Positions 57,497 to 64,000 of a stretch of DNA of 64,000 nt are shown here, piece after piece. The stretch is from positions 320,001 to 384,000 of the forward strand of contig CBDCVR010000013.1 in assembly GCA_965223155.1 (NCBI GenBank), read 5' to 3'. A model generated the notes under the pieces. The model did no database searches and was not told the origin of the DNA. It worked only from the letters and a program-made list of their open reading frames with translations. Every line of letters starts with the position of its first letter. Within the stretch, counting starts at the first letter, position 1. Both the position numbers and the translations under genes were made by a program. This stretch comes from Candidatus Multivoradales bacterium (GTDB lineage Bacteria > Acidobacteriota > Thermoanaerobaculia > Multivoradales > JAHEKO01).

Positions 57497-58236
57497 CAGA
57501 ACAAGAGCTTCGTCAAGAAGAAATCCGAGACCAGGATCGCGACGCTGGCAATCACGACCGAGCGGGTCGTGGAGCGGCCCACCCCCTCTGCTCCGCCCCG
57601 GGTGAAGAATCCCTGCTGGCATCCGATGAGCGCGATCAGCATGCCGAAGACCGCGGCCTTGATCAGGCCCGAGGTCAGATCGGACATCTCCATGAACCGA
57701 AACGTGTTGTCCATGTGGGCGACCGGGTTGGCGCCCATCAACACCACCGCCACCAGATAGCCGCCGTAGATGCCCAGGCCATCGGCGACCAGGACCAGGA
57801 GCGGCAGCATGATGGTCGTCGCCCACACCCTCGGCACCATCAGGTAGTGCACGGGGTCCGTCGCCATGACTTCGAGCGCGTCGATCTGCTCCGTGACGCG
57901 CATCGTGCCGAGCTCGGCGCCCATCGCAGAGCCGGCGCGGCCCGCGATCACCAGCCCTCCCAGCACGCAGGACAGCTCGCGCACCATCGATAGCGAGACC
58001 AGCGAGCCGACGTAGCGCTCGGCGCCGAACCGGGCCAGGACGCTGAAGGTCTGCAGGGCCATGACCATGCCCGTGAACATGGCGGTCAGAGCCACTACCG
58101 GGAGCGAGTCCACACCCACCCGGACCATTTGCTGGAACAGCGCCCGAACGTCGTAGGGCGGGCGTGGCGTCCAGGCCACTACCCGCCAGGTGATGCGCGC
58201 GAAGCGCCCGACTTCTCGAAAGAAGGACTCGATCAT
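57496..58236 (-). CDS. mlaE: MlaE-type ABC transporter permease
   Basis: GVDSLPVV, REL, AELGTMRVTEQIDALEVM..DP, GAEGVG. Confidence 0.95.
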   Translation of the reverse strand: MIESFFREVGRFARITWRVVAWTPRPPYDVRALFQQMVRVGVDSLPVVALTAMFTGMVMALQTFSVLARFGAERYVGSLVSLSMVRELSCVLGGLVIAGRAGSAMGAELGTMRVTEQIDALEVMATDPVHYLMVPRVWATTIMLPLLVLVADGLGIYGGYLVAVVLMGANPVAHMDNTFRFMEMSDLTSGLIKAAVFGMLIALIGCQQGFFTRGGAEGVGRSTTRSVVIASVAILVSDFFLTKLLF

Positions 58237-58267
58237 CCGGCAGAGCTCGCCGAGCCGGCGGGCCGGC

Positions 58268-59698
58268 TCAGAACGGTGGCGGCGCCTCCGGCTCGCGGTG
58301 CCGGGCGAGAGTGCGGAAGCGCGTATTCTCGCCGAAGAAGACCAACTTGATGGTGCCGGTCTCGCCGTTTCGGTGCTTCGAGATGATGAGCTCGGCGATG
58401 CCCGGATCCTCGGTCTCTGGGTCGTAGACCTCGTCGCGGTAGATGAAGGCGACCAGATCCGCGTCTTGCTCGATCGAGCCAGACTCGCGCAGATCGGCGA
58501 GCTGAGGCCGGTGGTCGCTGCCCCGCCGCTCGGGCTGGCGAGAGAGCTGAGACAGCGCGATCACCGGGATGTCGAGCTCCTTGGCGAGCTGCTTCAAACC
58601 GCGGGTGATGGCCGCGATCTCCAGGTTCCGGTTCTCGTACCGGCCGCCGGCCTGCATCAGTTGGAGGTAGTCCAGAACGACGAGCTCGAGCCGATTCTCG
58701 GCGCGCAGGCGCCGGGCTTTGGAAGCCAGCTCCAGGAGCGTCGGGTTGGCCGAATCGTCGATGTAAAGCGGCGCGCCCGAGATGCTCCGTACCGTCTCGA
58801 CCACCTTGTTCCATTGGCGCTGAGACAGGTGGCCGGTGCGGAGCGAACCAAAGGGCACGTCCGACTCGGCCGAGATGATCCGCAGTGCCAGCTCGTGCTG
58901 GCTCATCTCGAGCGAGAAAACGCCGACGGTCTTCTTTTCGCGGATGGCCGCATGCTGGGCGATGTTGAGGGCGAGGCTGGTCTTGCCCATGCCCGGCCGG
59001 CCGGCCAGGATGATGAGATTGCCGGGGTTCAAGCCTCGGGTCTTCTCGTCGAAGTCGGTAAAGCCCGTCGGCACTCCGATGATGCCCGAGCTGGGGCGCT
59101 CCTCGAGGTCGGAGAGGGTCTCATTGAAGATCCGGGAGATCGGCACGAAGCCCTTCTGGATGGCCTCTTCGCCCAGGCCCAGGATGGCCTGCTCGGCCTG
59201 GCCCAGAGCTTCCTGGGCCATCAGACCGCCGTCGAAGCAATTGCGGGTGATCTCGCCGCAGGCATCGATCAGGCGGCGACGGACCGAGCGCTCCTTGACG
59301 ATCTCGATGTAGCTCTCCAGCCGGCCGATGTCCGGGAGATCCAGATCCAGGCTCACCAGATAGGCGACGCCGCCGACCTTGTCCAGAGTGCCGTGCTGCT
59401 CGAGCTGGGCCTGGACCGTGCGCAGATCGAGCTCCTGCTCACCATCCTGGAGCGCCAGCATGGCCTCATAGATCAACCGGTTCCGCTCGGAATAGAAATC
59501 CTCGGGCTCGAGACGACCCGAAAGCGAAGGAAAAACAGCCGGATCCACCAGCACGCCGGCCAGGACCGCGCGCTCGGACTCCTCGCTGTGCGGCAGCCTG
59601 GTCGAACTCCGGCCGTCGCCTCCGCCGCCTCCGCGACCTCTCCTGGCGCCGCGGCCATCCCGATCCGGGGACGAGGGCGATGCCAGTGTTTCGATCAT
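58268..59698 (-). CDS. dnaB: Replicative DNA helicase
   Basis: PHSEESERAVL, AGRPGMGKTS, FSLEM, DYLQLM, LSQLSR, DLRESGSIEQDAD, KHRNGETG; no intein visible. Confidence 0.98.
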   Translation of the reverse strand: MIETLASPSSPDRDGRGARRGRGGGGGDGRSSTRLPHSEESERAVLAGVLVDPAVFPSLSGRLEPEDFYSERNRLIYEAMLALQDGEQELDLRTVQAQLEQHGTLDKVGGVAYLVSLDLDLPDIGRLESYIEIVKERSVRRRLIDACGEITRNCFDGGLMAQEALGQAEQAILGLGEEAIQKGFVPISRIFNETLSDLEERPSSGIIGVPTGFTDFDEKTRGLNPGNLIILAGRPGMGKTSLALNIAQHAAIREKKTVGVFSLEMSQHELALRIISAESDVPFGSLRTGHLSQRQWNKVVETVRSISGAPLYIDDSANPTLLELASKARRLRAENRLELVVLDYLQLMQAGGRYENRNLEIAAITRGLKQLAKELDIPVIALSQLSRQPERRGSDHRPQLADLRESGSIEQDADLVAFIYRDEVYDPETEDPGIAELIISKHRNGETGTIKLVFFGENTRFRTLARHREPEAPPPF

Positions 59699-59724
59699 GC
59701 CAACGGGATGTTCAAGGGGTGGTG

Positions 59725-59753
59725 ATTGTGACGCACAAGCCCGATCAAGGCAA
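59725..59753 (-). promoter_or_regulatory. Candidate sigma70 promoter of dnaB-mlaEFD
   Basis: TTGCCT-17 bp-CACAAT. Confidence 0.5.
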
Positions 59754-59787
59754 ACGGTCCGGACCCGTCACAGGCGGGCCCGGACCG
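59752..59787 (-). terminator. Terminator-like hairpin after the secreted-protein gene
   Basis: CGGTCCGGGCCCG-7 nt-CGGGTCCGGACCG then TTT. Confidence 0.55.
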
Positions 59788-59831
59788 AATGGAAAACGCG
59801 AGTTGCAAGAAACCGAGATGGCCCGGGGGAC

Positions 59832-61664
59832 CTACTTCTTCTTGAGCTTGGTCACCACTTTGCCCTTGCCGCCGGTCTCCCGCTTGAAGTACGAGACCCA
59901 CAGCTTGCGGATCTTGTTGAGCTTGGCGATCGACGCCTGAGACACCTTCTCGCCGTCCAGGCTGACCAGGACGAAGGCCATCTTGAAGGTCTTGGGAGCG
60001 TCCTTGGCGGCCGGCACGCGCTCGCCTTCGGCGGCGATAATGTCGTCCACCGTGAAGTCGACCCTCTCGCCCACGAAGCTGGCACCGATCTGAGGAGCGG
60101 TCTCGGGCCGGAAGTTCGAGCCATTGCGCACGAAGAACATCGGTCCCACCTGGGACGACGGGATCAGGCCCATGATGTAGCGATCGAGAGCGCTGAAGGT
60201 GTTGGTGGCGTCGATCGTCTCGAAGTTGCCGCCACCGTTGTCCTGGATGTCGTTCCCCTCCATGTCCGATGCGTCGGAGTCCATGAAGAAGCTCCAGTGT
60301 GCGAGCTGTCGCCCCAGGATCTCATCGGTCACCTGGCCGTTGATGCGGGCGCGGACGAAGGCGAGCCAGCGGTGTCCCGCCTCCTGGCCCAAGACGTCCA
60401 GGGTACTGTTGGTGCCCAGAAAGACCTGGTTGGGGTTGTCGGGATACTGAGTGATCGGGCCCATCTGGACGAAACTTTCCAAGCGCCCGTCACTGCCTAC
60501 CAGATCCGTGAAATCCGCGATCGGCAGCCCGATGCCCCGCACCTGGTTCCTGACGTTAATCTCGTAGGCAAAGGCGCCGCCCAAGCTGGCGGCGAAGTCG
60601 AGCCAGACGATGACGTGATCGTAGTCGTCCACGAAGTGGTCGAGAAAGACCTTGGTGATGCCGAAATCGTCGGCCTGAGGTAACAGGCTAAAGACTTCGG
60701 CGATGGCGCCGGAAGTCGGGGCCACTGGGAAGTCGCTGCTCACGTCGACCAACTGCACGGCCGAACCACCGCCTGGCGACACGCCCACGGTCGCCGCAGG
60801 CTGTCCCTGGTCCTTGGGCGCTACGACGTCACCGAACGCGATCAAGACCTTGCCCGATCGGAAGACCGTGATCTGAAACGTGTTGACCTGTCCGGGCAGG
60901 CTGCCGAACTCGGGAACCTCGTTCCAGGTGATCTGGACGTTGTTGGAGCGTTGCTTGTAGAAAATACCTGCATCACCGCTGGTGACACTGGGATCCAGGT
61001 CTGCCAGAAGCCCGGCGATGCGGGGTGGACCGTTCAGCAACCGACTCAAGTCGCGCGCGGCCGTCTGGCCATCGGCGCGGCTGAAGGTCAGGTTGCCGTC
61101 CGAGTTGATGTGGAGGGTCTTGTACTTCTTGCCGTAGAACTTGACCGCGAAGGGCATCTGCCGGGAAACGCTGTCGTCGTCCCCGATGCTCAGGCGCTCG
61201 CCGAAGTCTTGGTTCATCTTTGCGCCGCTCTTCTTGGCGCGGACCTTCCTTTTCTTCTTCAGAAACTCGATCGACTTGTTCGAGAGGTCGAACGGATTCG
61301 TGTCACTGGTGACGGTGCCGTCGTCCTCGATGACCGCGACGTCACCCACCTTGCGAACGGTGGGGCCGTTCGACATCGGCTGCGCGGCGAAAGCCAAGCC
61401 GTCGGATGCGTTCCGAACGGCACCCAGCCGCCGCCGCTGAAAGTGCTCGTGCCGAGCTTGAGCTTTCTCGACGCCGAGGAAGTACCCCTCGGTGCCGCAC
61501 CATGGGTGGGCGCCGTTCAGATCGGTGGAGCCAGCGCTGCCGATGCCGAAGTCTCGCGGGACCGGCTTGGCCTCGGCGGGAACTGGCGCCAGGCTCAGGA
61601 CCGCGGCGAGGGCCAGAGCGAAAACGATGAAAAGGACCGGTCTCCCGGTGTTCCGTTGCGTCAT
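59832..61664 (-). CDS. Secreted protein with nidogen-like domain and zincin-like QExxH motif
   Basis: Signal peptide ending AEA; DDDSV...PFAVKFYG...INSDGNLTF, ADLDP, ITWNEVPEFG, NTFQ; LGQEAGHRW...AHWSFF...LDRYIMGL; GGAGG RBS. Confidence 0.75.
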   Translation of the reverse strand: MTQRNTGRPVLFIVFALALAAVLSLAPVPAEAKPVPRDFGIGSAGSTDLNGAHPWCGTEGYFLGVEKAQARHEHFQRRRLGAVRNASDGLAFAAQPMSNGPTVRKVGDVAVIEDDGTVTSDTNPFDLSNKSIEFLKKKRKVRAKKSGAKMNQDFGERLSIGDDDSVSRQMPFAVKFYGKKYKTLHINSDGNLTFSRADGQTAARDLSRLLNGPPRIAGLLADLDPSVTSGDAGIFYKQRSNNVQITWNEVPEFGSLPGQVNTFQITVFRSGKVLIAFGDVVAPKDQGQPAATVGVSPGGGSAVQLVDVSSDFPVAPTSGAIAEVFSLLPQADDFGITKVFLDHFVDDYDHVIVWLDFAASLGGAFAYEINVRNQVRGIGLPIADFTDLVGSDGRLESFVQMGPITQYPDNPNQVFLGTNSTLDVLGQEAGHRWLAFVRARINGQVTDEILGRQLAHWSFFMDSDASDMEGNDIQDNGGGNFETIDATNTFSALDRYIMGLIPSSQVGPMFFVRNGSNFRPETAPQIGASFVGERVDFTVDDIIAAEGERVPAAKDAPKTFKMAFVLVSLDGEKVSQASIAKLNKIRKLWVSYFKRETGGKGKVVTKLKKK

Positions 61665-61692
61665 GTCCATCCTCCGGAAACAGTATCGGGAC

Positions 61693-61729
61693 AAAAAACT
61701 CAAAGCGCCGGAGGGGCTCCAGCCGGCGC
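61693..61729 (-). terminator. Probable intrinsic terminator after the homoserine dehydrogenase gene
   Basis: GCGCCGG-11 nt-CCGGCGC then TTTGAGTTTTTT. Confidence 0.5.
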
Positions 61730-61748
61730 GGGTCTCCACCCGGCTACG

Positions 61749-62765
61749 CTACCACGGGCTGACAGGCCCGAAGAGCTGTACCGCGTCGCGCATCATGGCC
61801 GCCGCGGTCGGGACGGGTTCTCGCTCCCAGAGCTTGAGGGAGAGGACTCCGTAGATGTCCGTCTCGAGCTCGACCCCCATCTCCCAGCCGGCGCACGCGC
61901 CCAGAAAGTCCGTAAGCGGCAGGACCTGCGGCTCTACCCGGTAGCGTCCGTCCGCGGCTTCGGCCATGAGCCGCACCGCTCGACCGTTCGCCGCTTCCCG
62001 CGCGGGCAGCTCGGGATCGAGGTCTTCGAGGCCGGTCACCTCGACCTGGTCGAGGCCGATGCCGGCGTCGAGGAGGCTGTTGGCCACGATCGTCAGTTTG
62101 GCGGCCGTGTCCCAGCCGCCCAGGTCCAAGGAGGGATCGGCTTCGGCGATTCCCCGGCGCCGCGCTTCGCCGACCGCCCGCTCCAAGGACGCGCCCCGGC
62201 TCAAGCTCTCGAGCACGAAGTTGCTGGTGCTGTTGAAGATGCCCCGGAGGGACCGGATCTCTCCGGCGATCAGGTCCCGCCGGCCGACGGCAAGGACCGG
62301 CAAGCCGCCACAGACCGTGGCGCTGTAGGCAAGGCCGGCCTGATTCTGATGGGCAAGCTCTTCGAGCTCGGCGAAGGCCACAACCAGCGGCCCCTTGTTG
62401 GCCAGAACCACCGAGACTCCTCGCTCGAAGGCCGCGCGGGCGATCTCAAGTCCGACCCCACCTGTTTCGAGATTCAGAGGTGAGGCCTCGAAGACCAAGT
62501 CGCAGCCGAGATCAGGCAGCACTGCGGCCAGGCCGGTTTCCGCGCGGCCGTCCTCGAGGTCCCGGACCGCTCCGCCCGCCGATTTGGCCGCAAGCAGGCT
62601 CTCGAGATCGAAGCCCCCTTCCCGGGTCGCGCTACCGCTGCTGTCCGCCACGGCGAGGATCTCGAAGCGCAGACCGTAGTCGCGTGCCAAGCGCTCGCCC
62701 TTGTCGATCCATAGCCTCAGCAGGCTCCGGTGGACGGTGCCGAGTCCGTTGAGCGCCGCCCGCAG
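61749..62765 (-). CDS. hom: Homoserine dehydrogenase (short form, no ACT domain); start unresolved
   Basis: GLGTV, VADSSG, VVLANKGPL, YSATVCGGLP, GIFNSTSNFVL, GIAEADPSLDLGGWDTAAK. Confidence 0.85.
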   Translation of the reverse strand: MRAALNGLGTVHRSLLRLWIDKGERLARDYGLRFEILAVADSSGSATREGGFDLESLLAAKSAGGAVRDLEDGRAETGLAAVLPDLGCDLVFEASPLNLETGGVGLEIARAAFERGVSVVLANKGPLVVAFAELEELAHQNQAGLAYSATVCGGLPVLAVGRRDLIAGEIRSLRGIFNSTSNFVLESLSRGASLERAVGEARRRGIAEADPSLDLGGWDTAAKLTIVANSLLDAGIGLDQVEVTGLEDLDPELPAREAANGRAVRLMAEAADGRYRVEPQVLPLTDFLGACAGWEMGVELETDIYGVLSLKLWEREPVPTAAAMMRDAVQLFGPVSPW

Positions 62766-62790
62766 GGTGCGCGGCCGCGGGTTCGTACCG

Positions 62791-64000
<1,210 letters not shown>

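Noticed and set aside
58268-59698. Intein in dnaB
   Set aside because: Normal length (476 aa) with contiguous helicase motifs

Overview
High-GC (roughly 68% by eye) bacterial chromosomal segment. Gene content and order suggest Acidobacteriota (inference): fused LptF-LptG, a very long LptC/LptA-type protein, a lptB-rpoN-hpf-ptsN-hprK-rapZ-EIIA-HPr-EI cluster, and miaB-DUF151-parAB. Most of the window is core genome: etfA, metK, miaB, recJ, accA, priA, carD, pepA, purC, mlaEFD, dnaB, a TolC/MacAB-type exporter and peptide ABC ATPases. A small accessory islet follows tRNA-Leu(CAA); it holds a decayed antitoxin-like gene, an intact IS5-family element and orphan membrane proteins. Several gene remnants are present (cysK with an internal deletion, an ECF sigma fragment). 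There are two best candidates for undescribed biology. (1) A parAB pair with no origin genes in this window, whose ParB has a non-canonical recognition helix and which sits beside a perfect 20-bp palindrome with a parS-like TGT-N10-ACA frame but a different core. (2) A 690-aa protein with an unrecognised N-terminal domain and a divergent class III nucleotidyl-cyclase domain, whose stop overlaps the purC start. Other oddities: a PTS EIIA(Man) lacking its phospho-His, sigma54-type and ECF-type promoters, many short-leader or leaderless -10 boxes, and a 15-bp tandem array at the priA 5' end. All calls come from motif reading only; no database searches were run.
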